Source of the DNA: Dehalococcoidia bacterium
GTDB taxonomy: Bacteria; Chloroflexota; Dehalococcoidia; Dehalococcoidales; UBA1222
Direction: 5' to 3'
Assembly: GCA_009776735.1 (NCBI GenBank)
Contig: WRNG01000002.1
Location: forward strand, 1-54,234
DNA length: 54,234 nt
The position numbers and the translations under genes are program-made. How positions within the stretch are numbered: the first letter of the stretch is position 1; each line of letters opens with the position of its first letter. Below, in pieces: positions 1 to 9,679 of the stretch. A model generated the notes under the pieces. It ran no database searches and was not told where the DNA came from. It saw only the letters and a program-made list of their open reading frames with translations.

Positions 1-259
1 ATGGTGGCTATGATGGCTTCCGACAACCCGGTGGGGGGGGCATCCGATATAACTGAAAGAGTGTTGGACCATTTACGCAAAACTCGTGTTAACGCTGATT
101 TTCTGGCCAGTTTGGGGAAAGAGCGGCTGTAAAGAAGCGGCCAGCACCTAATTATGTATATTTTGGTATTTACAGCCAGATTGATAATCAAGGAATCGCG
201 GGAGCATTCTTGAATGAAAAAATATTTTAAATGATGAGTAAAATTTACTGTTTTGGGTA

Positions 260-287
260 TTGACATCTCGTCAATACATGCTAATAT
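260..287 (+). promoter_or_regulatory. candidate sigma70-type promoter for the surface-protein locus
   Basis: TTGACA at 260-265, a 16-nt spacer, then extended -10 TGcTAATAT at 279-287. Pattern match only. Confidence 0.4.
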
Positions 288-317
288 AGATAGTTGAAGT
301 CTGTAAAAGGAGGTGGT

Positions 318-443
318 ATGTTTGCATATACCCACCGTGGGGGTGCGCCTGTTGGGTGCGATTTGGAACGATTGATGAAATGTGTCTTTGGAGAAGTACT
401 TCTGAGACGTAACGATAAAAAGGAAATTATTAATTATTTATAA
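318..443 (+). CDS. small upstream ORF (41 aa), unknown function; not in the ORF track (below size cut-off)
   Basis: AAAGGAGGTGG Shine-Dalgarno (306-316) lies 4 nt from GGAGG to the ATG at 318. Translation: MFAYTHRGGAPVGCDLERLMKCVFGEVLLRRNDKKEIINYL, TAA at 441-443. It sits between the candidate promoter and the 469 ATG. Confidence 0.3.
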   Translation: MFAYTHRGGAPVGCDLERLMKCVFGEVLLRRNDKKEIINYL

Positions 444-468
444 ATTTACAAGGAGTTTTTAAAAGTCG

Positions 469-3400
469 ATGAAAAGCAAGTTTGCTAAAATTTTAGGTGT
501 GGTTCTGACAACCTTGATGGTTGCTAGTATCCTACCGTTTGCTATTCCTGTTTCCGCTGGTGAGCAGTCATGGTCAAATTGGGGTAGCGGTAATCTGCCC
601 AGCCCTAGCAATTTTGTTCTTGCTCCCAGCATGATTAAAGCCGGTCCTTTTGATCAAGATTGCAATGGTGAGTGGATTTATGCCTACGCAGAGTTCGGTC
701 CTCAGGTTAATGCCAATTATCCGCCGGAGGGGCCGGCATTGATAAAATCTAATGACCAAGGCGTTACATGGGAACTGATAAAAGTAAATACTCCCATTTT
801 TATTTCTGGTTCCGGTGAGTATATCATTGATATTGTTTGTCCGAAGGCGCTTGGTTGTGAGGGTGATATTTTCTATCTAACCAACAAAGGTATGTATTGG
901 TCGCAAAACGAAGGTCGAGATTTCGTCCGTCACGTTTCCCCGAGTGAAGATTATGATTTCACTTGTTTTGATGTTGTCCTCATGAAAGGAGTTGCTACGC
1001 AAGAGCGTTATGTGGCAGCTATCGGTGTGAATTCAATGACGACCATGCGCTTAGGTGGTACTGGAACTACCATGCCGGATGGTCTGTATATGTGGGATCA
1101 GAACGTGGGTTCGGGTGACTCTCTCTTGCCTGTAAATAAAACTTTTAATGATGCTCATACTTATGATATTCTAGCTGTAAAGTTTGCTCCAACAGCTTAT
1201 ACTGATTCAGCTTTGGTGGCAATTGGGCAGAGATATAATGGTGAGATCCGTATTAGTTCAAAGACAGGCTCTACTTGGGGCGACAATTCCCCTGACATCA
1301 CTATTTCGCCTCTAGGTCCCTCGCGTCGTGTCGCTGGGGCTGCGATTGCTTTCCCGAGCGATTACAATGCTAAAACTGCCGTCAATTTCATTTACAGCTT
1401 GGATGATCCAAATGGACTTCGTGGTGGTATCTTCAAGATTCACAATTTCAAGACTAACGGTACAGATTTTTCCAAGAATGAGAGAATTGACGATCCTGTA
1501 GTTAACGTACAATCATGGAGTAATCTCTCAATGGTTGGTACTACGACCAATGGCACGCTTATTGCTGGAGTTAGCAAAAGCAAGTTAAGTGGTGATCCGA
1601 GCAATATGGTTAATATTTGTCGTAATCCTTTTGCCTATGTGGGCACTGGTACCGTTCATCCGACAGCGGCCAAATTTGATGAGTGCGTGATGTCGTGGAA
1701 CGATCCTGATACTCCCGTATGGGTTTTACTTGACAAGGCCTTTTTGACCAATGGGGTTGCTTACGCTCTAAACGGTGGTGTGAATGGTTGGGGTGGTTTT
1801 GCCAAGAGTACAGATTATGGTGTGACATGGTCACAATGTTGTCTCATAAATGACAGGATTGATTTTATTGTTGATTTTGCGATGATTGATGTCGATTCCG
1901 GCAAGTTGGATATATTCTTGATTTCTCAATATCAAGAAACCTCTGCTCCGACGTTTAATCACTTCAGTTATTGGCGCAGTTTGGCGTCGAATGGGAATAC
2001 TTGGGAGCGTGTTGATGTTGTTGACGTCGATGCTGCTTCGTTAGATCCTACGCTTTTCGCTTACGATAGAATTGCGTTGTCTCCTGATTACTTGGATGAC
2101 TCAACAGTGTTCCGTTATGAATGGATGGGAATCGGGACAGGTGTCCTTGAACGTTCCATTGATAAATTTGCCTCATTTGAGGTCGTTGAAGACAATACTT
2201 TACAGATTTGGTCATTCCAGCCATTAAGTGCTGAGAAATGGGTGATAGGTAGCGATGGAATGCTTTCAACTCAGGCTAATGATAGCCCTGGTTTATGGTG
2301 GGACTACGCTGTTGATTATATTATTGTCGACTTAGCTCTTGGTTCAAATGGGCATGTAGTTGCCTTGGGGCAGGATGCTAATGGTTTCAGACTTTTCAGA
2401 ACTACAAATAGTGGGCAAGGTGCTAGTGGCTGGTCTTTCGCATCGGCTGCGCATGCTGCTATAACTAAATCGGGTAGTTACGGAACTCTTACACTTGCTG
2501 ATAACTACGCATCTACCAATAATGCTTTTATCGGATTGCGTGATCTAAATTCTTCTTCCGATGATGCTATATACAGATGTGCTTTGAACAACGGTACAAG
2601 AACTTGGACTAAGATTAGCAGTACAGGTTCAACAACTAGCTTGGTGTCTGCCGCAGCCGTTGGTAATACCACCGAAGGTTCTGGTGTTGTTTACGGTGTG
2701 GGTTCAAGGACGGCTCGTATTCTGGGTACACAAAATGACTGTACACGAATTAATGGTGGCACTGATCCTTTTAGTGGTTCATCTGTTGATTATCACACCA
2801 GAATCATTGCGACATCAAAGCAATCCGGAAACGTAATTTTGTTCGCCTCAAGGGGAGCGACAATTTACACTTATACTGACTATCTAGCTGTTACAGGGAC
2901 CGGCGTAAGTACAAGTGAACCTACGAAGAATTCCGCGACTGGTAAGTACGAATCCATTCTTACTTTTGATAAACTTGCTTATGCTAGCGGTACCAACCCC
3001 TATCAAGTTAAGGTTGGGTTAACTGACAACAGTAACTTAAAGAATTACTTTAATACCACCTTGACACCAACTGGTGTTACCGTTACCTCTATTGCTGATA
3101 TTGATGGTCAAAAGGCATATAGAATAAGTGGGTTAGACCTTAGTACCACGTACTATGTCTATGTGTGGGCACAATCTCCCGTTCCGAGTTTTATGTTTAC
3201 GGAAGCCGGTGCTACAATTGTCACTCCTCCGGATCGTGTAGTAAAGATTATCGGTTTGGTGCCCGCTCCCGGGGCCACTAATATACCGATTCGTCCGTCG
3301 TTTGAATGGTTACCTAATGATGAATCCAAAGTCTATGGTTACCAATTTGAGCTATTTACTGCAGAAGTTGGAGACAGTGTTGCTTATAACTCCAATATCC

Positions 3401-3840
3401 CAAGCAGAGTGTTAAGCTACCAGATTGATGATGTGACTATTCATAACTTGGTGTGGGGAACCTCCAGGACAGCTCTTCTTTACAATACCAACTATGTATG
3501 GCGTGTTCGTTCGATTGGTGCTGATGCTAAAGGTGAAAGTACGGGGGTCTACTCTGAGTGGTCAACGTTTACTTTCACTACAGTTGCAACGCCTCCCACT
3601 ACTGTGAACAATACGACGACTGTGACGGCTCCTGCTCCAGCAATTCCAGTACCTGTGATTAGTCTTACAATTCCTGCTGGACCGACGGTTACTGTAAACG
3701 AAGGTGTTCAAAATCCTACATTTACGATTGTTCCTCCTGATACTGCTACTCCACCCTATGTTTGGATTGTGATTGGCATTGGTGCAGTTCTTTGTGTGGC
3801 TGTTATTATTCTTATTGTACGCACACGCAGAGTTGCATAG
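469..3840 (+). CDS. large secreted cell-surface protein with BNR/Asp-box beta-propeller region, FN3/Ig-like domains, T/P-rich linker and C-terminal TM anchor
   Basis: 1123-aa ORF. Signal peptide MKSKFAKILGVVLTTLMVASILPFAIPVSAG. Asp-box-like motifs SNDQGVTW, STDYGVTW, SNGNTW. FN3-like module (FEWLP...YVWRVRS...YSEWSTFTF). C-terminal PPYVWIVIGIGAVLCVAVIILIV plus RTRR tail. Confidence 0.85.
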   Translation: MKSKFAKILGVVLTTLMVASILPFAIPVSAGEQSWSNWGSGNLPSPSNFVLAPSMIKAGPFDQDCNGEWIYAYAEFGPQVNANYPPEGPALIKSNDQGVTWELIKVNTPIFISGSGEYIIDIVCPKALGCEGDIFYLTNKGMYWSQNEGRDFVRHVSPSEDYDFTCFDVVLMKGVATQERYVAAIGVNSMTTMRLGGTGTTMPDGLYMWDQNVGSGDSLLPVNKTFNDAHTYDILAVKFAPTAYTDSALVAIGQRYNGEIRISSKTGSTWGDNSPDITISPLGPSRRVAGAAIAFPSDYNAKTAVNFIYSLDDPNGLRGGIFKIHNFKTNGTDFSKNERIDDPVVNVQSWSNLSMVGTTTNGTLIAGVSKSKLSGDPSNMVNICRNPFAYVGTGTVHPTAAKFDECVMSWNDPDTPVWVLLDKAFLTNGVAYALNGGVNGWGGFAKSTDYGVTWSQCCLINDRIDFIVDFAMIDVDSGKLDIFLISQYQETSAPTFNHFSYWRSLASNGNTWERVDVVDVDAASLDPTLFAYDRIALSPDYLDDSTVFRYEWMGIGTGVLERSIDKFASFEVVEDNTLQIWSFQPLSAEKWVIGSDGMLSTQANDSPGLWWDYAVDYIIVDLALGSNGHVVALGQDANGFRLFRTTNSGQGASGWSFASAAHAAITKSGSYGTLTLADNYASTNNAFIGLRDLNSSSDDAIYRCALNNGTRTWTKISSTGSTTSLVSAAAVGNTTEGSGVVYGVGSRTARILGTQNDCTRINGGTDPFSGSSVDYHTRIIATSKQSGNVILFASRGATIYTYTDYLAVTGTGVSTSEPTKNSATGKYESILTFDKLAYASGTNPYQVKVGLTDNSNLKNYFNTTLTPTGVTVTSIADIDGQKAYRISGLDLSTTYYVYVWAQSPVPSFMFTEAGATIVTPPDRVVKIIGLVPAPGATNIPIRPSFEWLPNDESKVYGYQFELFTAEVGDSVAYNSNIPSRVLSYQIDDVTIHNLVWGTSRTALLYNTNYVWRVRSIGADAKGESTGVYSEWSTFTFTTVATPPTTVNNTTTVTAPAPAIPVPVISLTIPAGPTVTVNEGVQNPTFTIVPPDTATPPYVWIVIGIGAVLCVAVIILIVRTRRVA

Positions 3841-3864
3841 TTTATAGGCTATTTTTCTAGAGGG

Positions 3865-3902
3865 AAAAAGGATGGCTCCTCAATTGAGGAGCCATCCTTT
3901 TT
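3865..3902 (+). terminator. rho-independent terminator after the first surface-protein gene
   Basis: Perfect 17-bp stem AAAAAGGATGGCTCCTC / GAGGAGCCATCCTTTTT with AATT loop, ending in a T-run, 25 nt after the stop codon. Confidence 0.85.
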
Positions 3903-4364
3903 GTCTGTTTGGATGAATTCGATGTATACGTTGGCATATATATCGAAAAGTAAAAGGCACTAAAGGTGTTTCTTCAATATTTCTATCCCTCTCTTTAATC
4001 TCATGAAACAAATAGCCCTCGACTACTCTACATTTATACTATCTCAGCTTAAATTATTTTAAGTAGTTGGATGTGGTGCCCACAGAGAGTTATACTTTGC
4101 GGAAGACCTATGGTGCATGAACAGAGGTCAGGGGTTTTTCGTCGGGCTGAACGTATTGCCCAAAACTGTTTGAAATACTAGACTTTGAAGCGTGAAATGG
4201 CTATGAAAGTGTTGACGACTCATTCTTGAAATTGCTTCTGAACACACGAGCATTATTGACAAAAGCAAGCGTAAAAGGATATTCTTTAATGTGAATGAAA
4301 TAAGCTGAATCTTTTGCCTTGTGGTGTTGTGGTTTATTTTGTAACTTTGTAAGTGGAGGTTGAC

Positions 4365-6953
4365 GTGACGTTTAGGAAAATCCTGAGACATGTTACTGTG
4401 GCTATCGTAGTGGGAGTGCTAGCATCAACTTTGTTTATTGCTAGTCAAGTCCAAGCGGCCACTACTCTTACTGCGAATCCTTTGGTTGTGGCACCAGGCG
4501 ATAAAGTTACGATTAGCGGGACAGGGTTTCAGTCCCCTGTCACGATTCAATGGACCTATGGCAACGTAAATATTTCTATGACGGGGAACGTTTTTGAGGT
4601 AGAGTTAGAGATTCCTGCGAATATAACGACTGTTATGCAGTGTGAGGTAATTGCTACTGACATTTATTCAACTTCTGACAAAACGTCTTTTTTTGTTGTT
4701 CCGAGAAATTACGCTCTAAGTAGCAATTCGGGTTTTGTGGGAGACCCAATAACGATAACAGGTGATGGGTTTTCCGCAAATCAGGAAGTAACACTTTTGT
4801 GGGACGGTCTGTTCCTAAAATCCTTTATCGTTTCGTCAACGGGTGCGATACCAAATGGGACTACTTTCTTAGTACCGCACGCTGAGAAGGGAAATCATAC
4901 AATTTCGTTGAAAGACATGAATGCGGCGACCAGAAATTTTGTGGTGAACCCCCGGATTAATATTGATCCTATCTCTGGAGGTGTTGGTGACATTATCGCA
5001 ATAACGGGGACTGGTTTCACTAAAACAGCATCTATCAACATCAATATTGATGGGTTCGCATTAACTGGGCCTACCACGCCATCAACCATTTACGTTGATG
5101 CCAACGGGGACTTTAATGCAAAATTTTCCGTCTCGCCCATGACTCGAGGCAGTCATATTGTACAAGCATCGGATGGTTCTGGAGGGATTGCTTCAACGAA
5201 CTTAGACATTGGCGCTAAGATCGCTCTTACACCATCAAGTGCCAAAATTGGGGAGAGCATTGCGATTGTTGGAACGGGGTTTCAGCCCAACGAGGAGATT
5301 ACTATTGAAGTTGATGGAGTATTGGCTGATATTAACCCTTTTGTAACTGATGCCAGCGGCGGTTTTTCTTTACTAAGCGTTACTGTTCCTCCCTCATGGG
5401 GAGGTGGCGTGCATGAGGTTACTGCCAGTGATGGGCTGTACAATGCTTCAGATAATCTTGCTATTGTTCCCCAGATTATTGTAGGCATGTTTTCTTCTAC
5501 TGTTGGTTCAAAAGTGCCGATTACTGGGAATGGTTTTGCTCCCAATGCTACTATCACGTTCTTTTGGGATGGTGTGGCAGAAACCACAACTACAGTTTCG
5601 TCAATTGGTGCTTTCAGTATAGACTTTGTTGTGCCAAACAGTTACGTGGGGGGGCACATGGTAAGGGTAGCAGATGATAACAACTATGCTGAGGACTATT
5701 TGTCTGTCGTCCCCAGAATTACTGCCTCCCCAAATACTGGGAGATTTGATGATAGCATCATTATTGGTTTCAGTGGTTTTGCTCCGAATAGCGCGATAAA
5801 GGAAGTATTACTGATTTCAATAAATGGGGCGGATGAGTTTGTGTTGGTAACAAATCCTGTTGCTATTGCTACCGATTCGAATGGCAGTGCCAGTGCTTCC
5901 ATTAGGGTGGCTGGAGTATATTGCGGTGATTGGTATATCAAAGCGGAAGATATTAATAATAATGCTACAACGACGACTTTCACCGTAATATCCAAATTAG
6001 GTGTTTCTAACGGAACCGACAGCGTATTTGAAGCTAGTTCCACAGACCAAGTGGTAATTGTCGGTACCGGTCTATTGCGCAATAGTAACATTTCCCTTAC
6101 TTGCAATGGTCTTTCAGTACTTACTGGTACAGCATTGAAAACCGACAACTATGGTAGCTTTATTTTTCAGTTAGAACTACCAGAGAACGCTTCGGCAGAA
6201 GCTTTCGAATTTGTATGTTCGGATGGAAGCAATAATGCTTCGTGTGCAATTGTTGCCGTACCTAAGGCGATTACCGATAAGCCTACTTCACAAGACGGGG
6301 AGTACGGTTATGTCGGTATGGAAATGACTATTACTGGCTATAGTTTTGTGGCTGGAAGTACGATTACATTGAAGTTTGATGCTACAATACTAGGTACTGT
6401 TTTATCTAATACTAATGGGTCCTTTACTGCCTTGATCAAAATCCCTGCCGCAGTTGCCGGAAAACATTCTATTGGTGTTGATGATGGCACTAATTCCCTT
6501 GACATTGATTTCTTCATGGATTCTGTAGCTCCTAGTATTGCCAGCCTGTCCTCTCCTGTCGCCTTTGGAAAAACAGAGCAGCAGGTGACTTTTAATTGGA
6601 CTGCTGTTTCGGATGATAGTGGAGTGGTTTATCGCCTTCAGATAAGTAAAGATATCAACTTTACTTATCTGCTATTAGATACAACTGGAATTTCGACCAA
6701 TAAATACAAATTGGACGCTACCGAAAAGCTTGTCAATACTGACATTGAAGAACCGTATTACTGGAGAGTAATGGCCATAGACTTGGCTGGCAACGAAGGA
6801 TTGTGGTCAGAAGCAGCCGCTTTCACCGTCGGAACTGGATTTCCTCCTTGGCTTATAATAATATTGTGGGTTGTGGGAGGAGTCATTGCGCTGGGTGGGA
6901 TTTTAGTTGTGGGGTTGTGGATTGGTAGGCGAATGGCCTATCGGGCATACTGA
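4365..6953 (+). CDS. large secreted cell-surface protein with about 8 tandem Ig-like (IPT/TIG-like) repeats, an FN3-like module and a C-terminal TM anchor
   Basis: ORF track gives 4353..6953. I prefer the GTG at 4365 (GGAGG at 4355-4359, 5-nt spacer). Signal peptide ...LFIASQVQAAT. Recurrent [IV]xGxGF motif (ISGTGF, ITGDGF, ITGTGF, IVGTGF, ITGNGF...). C-terminal FNW...YYWRVMA...LWSEAAAFTV module, then PPWLIIILWVVGGVIALGGILVVGLWIGRR. Confidence 0.85.
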   Translation: MTFRKILRHVTVAIVVGVLASTLFIASQVQAATTLTANPLVVAPGDKVTISGTGFQSPVTIQWTYGNVNISMTGNVFEVELEIPANITTVMQCEVIATDIYSTSDKTSFFVVPRNYALSSNSGFVGDPITITGDGFSANQEVTLLWDGLFLKSFIVSSTGAIPNGTTFLVPHAEKGNHTISLKDMNAATRNFVVNPRINIDPISGGVGDIIAITGTGFTKTASININIDGFALTGPTTPSTIYVDANGDFNAKFSVSPMTRGSHIVQASDGSGGIASTNLDIGAKIALTPSSAKIGESIAIVGTGFQPNEEITIEVDGVLADINPFVTDASGGFSLLSVTVPPSWGGGVHEVTASDGLYNASDNLAIVPQIIVGMFSSTVGSKVPITGNGFAPNATITFFWDGVAETTTTVSSIGAFSIDFVVPNSYVGGHMVRVADDNNYAEDYLSVVPRITASPNTGRFDDSIIIGFSGFAPNSAIKEVLLISINGADEFVLVTNPVAIATDSNGSASASIRVAGVYCGDWYIKAEDINNNATTTTFTVISKLGVSNGTDSVFEASSTDQVVIVGTGLLRNSNISLTCNGLSVLTGTALKTDNYGSFIFQLELPENASAEAFEFVCSDGSNNASCAIVAVPKAITDKPTSQDGEYGYVGMEMTITGYSFVAGSTITLKFDATILGTVLSNTNGSFTALIKIPAAVAGKHSIGVDDGTNSLDIDFFMDSVAPSIASLSSPVAFGKTEQQVTFNWTAVSDDSGVVYRLQISKDINFTYLLLDTTGISTNKYKLDATEKLVNTDIEEPYYWRVMAIDLAGNEGLWSEAAAFTVGTGFPPWLIIILWVVGGVIALGGILVVGLWIGRRMAYRAY

Positions 6954-7295
6954 TTGGATTGGCTCCTATGCGCAAAATGATTACAAAAAATTGCCTGCTA
7001 GGTAAGTGGTTGGCAATCGCTTATGCAAGTGATGCCTCCTCGAATCGATGTAATGGTTAATTGTTCAGAATAATCGTTTAGGCAACCTCAGACTGACCAT
7101 GTCATCAGAAAAGATAATAATTATGTGCCTATTGATGTCACAAAAAGCATTGTATGATAGATTTCAGGTGGTTGCCATTTAATGAAAAGATAACTTTGGC
7201 ATAGGTGTACAGAAGGCATTGTCATTATACGGCAACTGGGGACACTGAGTTTTGAGATAGGGTTAGCCGAGTGGCTTGTGACAAGGATAAATAAA

Positions 7296-7949
7296 CTACT
7301 TTACGGGTTGCAACTCAAGTAGAACGACTTGTGTAGTAAGTGGCAAATTGCTTTTGTTAACATTCAGTTTGGGCTTAGCAATCGCTTCGGTAACCCCCAT
7401 TTCTTTAAGGAATATTTCGACAGGTTCCAGTGCATCTTGAAAGAGAGATGTTTTATAGTGCATCGGTAAAACAATCTTTGGTTCTATTTGGCGTACTATC
7501 GTTGCGGCTTCGGATGCTCCAATTGTACTTCCATTGCCAACAGGAATCATTAGGACATCAATTTTACCGATTTCTTCAATTTGGCTCCCAGTGAGGGGTG
7601 TTCCAATGTCTCCCAAGTGACAAATCGATAATTCTTCAGTTTCCATGAGGAAAACGGTGTTTAAGCCATTTTGTGTTCCGTGATTCTTATCATGAAAACT
7701 GGTAAGCCCAATAAGTAATGCTCCAGCAATTTCGTACTCTCCCGGCTTAGAAATAGTTTTCGGGTTACCTCTAATCCCTTCAATATAGGAGTGTCCGCTA
7801 TGATTATGGCTAACGGTAACAATTTCGGCATTTAAGTTGCCCAAGGAGTAGCCTTTGCCGGGTGCAACCGGGTCGGTAACAATGGTCGCTTGTTTAGTGC
7901 GAATTCTAAAGCATGAGTGCCCAAGCCACGTAATTTCCATGGTAGGCAT
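7296..7949 (-). CDS. MBL-fold metallo-hydrolase (UPF0173-like)
   Basis: 217 aa. N-terminus ITWLGHSCFRI, metal motif VSHNHSGHS, later HLGD and PMHY, typical of the beta-lactamase-fold hydrolase family. Confidence 0.8.
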   Translation of the reverse strand: MPTMEITWLGHSCFRIRTKQATIVTDPVAPGKGYSLGNLNAEIVTVSHNHSGHSYIEGIRGNPKTISKPGEYEIAGALLIGLTSFHDKNHGTQNGLNTVFLMETEELSICHLGDIGTPLTGSQIEEIGKIDVLMIPVGNGSTIGASEAATIVRQIEPKIVLPMHYKTSLFQDALEPVEIFLKEMGVTEAIAKPKLNVNKSNLPLTTQVVLLELQPVK

Positions 7950-8063
7950 TGTACCATGCTTAGAGACAAGGGGTCAAAAGCCCTAGTGCTATACTTAACA
8001 AGTACATCCAAGCACAGTTTAACGAATAAAATGCTAGGATAAACAGGTCTGTTGTGATATTAT

Positions 8064-8804
8064 ATGGCAACTATGCGATATGCTATTTTAGCTGATATAC
8101 ATGCTAATGCTACGGCTTTATCCGCTGTGCTAGAGGATGTTGATTATCGTGGCGGAGTGGATGAACTGTGGTGCTTAGGGGACATCGTTGGTTTTGGACC
8201 TGACCCGCACGATTGCATAGAAATCTTGCGCAAGTTTAATTGTGTTTGTGTTTCTGGGAATCATGACTTTTCAGCGCTTGAACAAAATAAGCTTTCCAGC
8301 TACGATTCAGACTCTGCGATGGTCTTAAGTTGGACGGCGAGCCAACTGACTGCTGAGGATACGCAGTTTCTTAGCCAAGCGAAAATAAAGACTGAGAAAG
8401 ACAATTTTACTTTGGTGCATGGCAGTCCGCGCCAACCTTTGTGGGAATACGTGCTATCAATTAGCATTGCCCGTGAGAATTTCCCTTATTTCACAACTCC
8501 ATATTGCATTGTTGGGCATACTCATGTGCCTATTGCTTATAAAAAAGAGGGTTCGACTATAAGTTCGGTGCTGCTTAGTGAAAACATTGGCTTAATATTA
8601 GGCGATGTGCCTATGATTCTTAATCCCGGTAGCGTAGGACAGCCGCGAGACGGTGATTCACGTGCCAGTTATGCCATTTATGATAGTGCCGTAGGGGTTT
8701 TTAGGCTGCACAGAGTACCTTATGATCTTGTTTCGGTGAGAGAGCGTATTTGGGGAAAAGGTTTGCCGGTAAGGTTGGCGTCCCGTCTGGAACGCGGAGA
8801 ATAG
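8064..8804 (+). CDS. metallophosphoesterase (calcineurin-like phosphoesterase family)
   Basis: 246 aa with the canonical motif series ILADIHAN, GDIVGFGPDP, GNHD, VGHTH. Confidence 0.85.
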   Translation: MATMRYAILADIHANATALSAVLEDVDYRGGVDELWCLGDIVGFGPDPHDCIEILRKFNCVCVSGNHDFSALEQNKLSSYDSDSAMVLSWTASQLTAEDTQFLSQAKIKTEKDNFTLVHGSPRQPLWEYVLSISIARENFPYFTTPYCIVGHTHVPIAYKKEGSTISSVLLSENIGLILGDVPMILNPGSVGQPRDGDSRASYAIYDSAVGVFRLHRVPYDLVSVRERIWGKGLPVRLASRLERGE

Positions 8805-8809
8805 AGGCT

Positions 8810-9679
8810 ATGGGCACTTCCGCGCCCTCTGAATCACTCCTTTGCCAAGCAAAGCGTTTGCTAAAAACCGTTGACGTACATGCTAAAAAGAGTCTGGGGC
8901 AGCACTTTCTTATCCAAAAGAATATATTGCAAAAAATTATTGATGCTTCTGAATTGTCATCGGCTGATACCGTAATTGAAGTTGGACCGGGATTAGGGGC
9001 ACTCACGACCGAATTGGCAAAACAGGCCGGTAACGTAATAGCTGTCGAACTGGACAATACGCTTGCACCGCTTCTGAGAGAAACACATTCAGCCTATCAC
9101 AACTTAAATATCATTCATGCTGATATCTTAAAATGTTCACCGAAGTCTTTATTGCCGGAGAGTGAGAGCAGTCGCTACAAGGTGGTGGCTAACCTTCCGT
9201 ACTATATCACTTCAGCAGTGCTACGCCATTTTCTTGAGAGTGACCGGCAGCCGGAACTGATGGTTTTAATGCTGCAGAAAGAGGTGGCACGGGCAATATG
9301 CGCTCGCCCGGGGGAAATGAGTTTACTGAGCGTCGCGGTTCAATTATTCGGAGAACCGCAGTTGGTTTGCCATGTTCCTGCCGCTTGTTTTTTCCCTCCT
9401 CCCAAAGTAGATTCAGCAGTTTTGAAAATTAATGTGCATGCTCAGCCGCTTATTCCAATGCCTGACATGGCAAGTTTTTTTACTTTGGTAAGAGCCGGTT
9501 TTAGCGCTAATCGCAAGCAGTTGCCCAATTCATTGTCACATAGGCTAAATAAAGCAAAAGAGGAAATACTCTTGCTACTGGCTGAGGCTGGGGTTGAGTC
9601 AAGGCGACGAGCGGAGACGCTAAGTATTATAGAGTGGACGAAGTTGTGGAAGCTCTTTAGAGGCCAAGGTAAGATATGA
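8810..9679 (+). CDS. rsmA: 16S rRNA (adenine1518/1519-N6)-dimethyltransferase
   Basis: KsgA/RsmA-like sequence (LGQHFL, VIEVGPGLGALT, VANLPYYITS). ORF track starts at 8750, but the ATG at 8810 directly follows the upstream stop (8802-8804). Confidence 0.9.
   Translation: MGTSAPSESLLCQAKRLLKTVDVHAKKSLGQHFLIQKNILQKIIDASELSSADTVIEVGPGLGALTTELAKQAGNVIAVELDNTLAPLLRETHSAYHNLNIIHADILKCSPKSLLPESESSRYKVVANLPYYITSAVLRHFLESDRQPELMVLMLQKEVARAICARPGEMSLLSVAVQLFGEPQLVCHVPAACFFPPPKVDSAVLKINVHAQPLIPMPDMASFFTLVRAGFSANRKQLPNSLSHRLNKAKEEILLLLAEAGVESRRRAETLSIIEWTKLWKLFRGQGKI

Noticed and set aside
1-132. An open frame running from the window start to a TAA at 130-132 (..ASDITERVLDHLRKTRVNADFLASLGKERL), possibly the 3' end of an upstream gene.
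   Set aside because: Only 43 codons are visible and I recognise no family motif, so there is not enough support to annotate it.
5696-6148. A 150-aa antisense ORF inside the second surface-protein gene. The similar ORFs at 574-759, 1312-1512, 1610-1834, 2048-2269, 4895-5089 and 5282-5587 fall in the same class.
   Set aside because: They are fully embedded antisense to long ORFs with clear domain structure. They have no SD or start context and show low-complexity composition typical of shadow ORFs.
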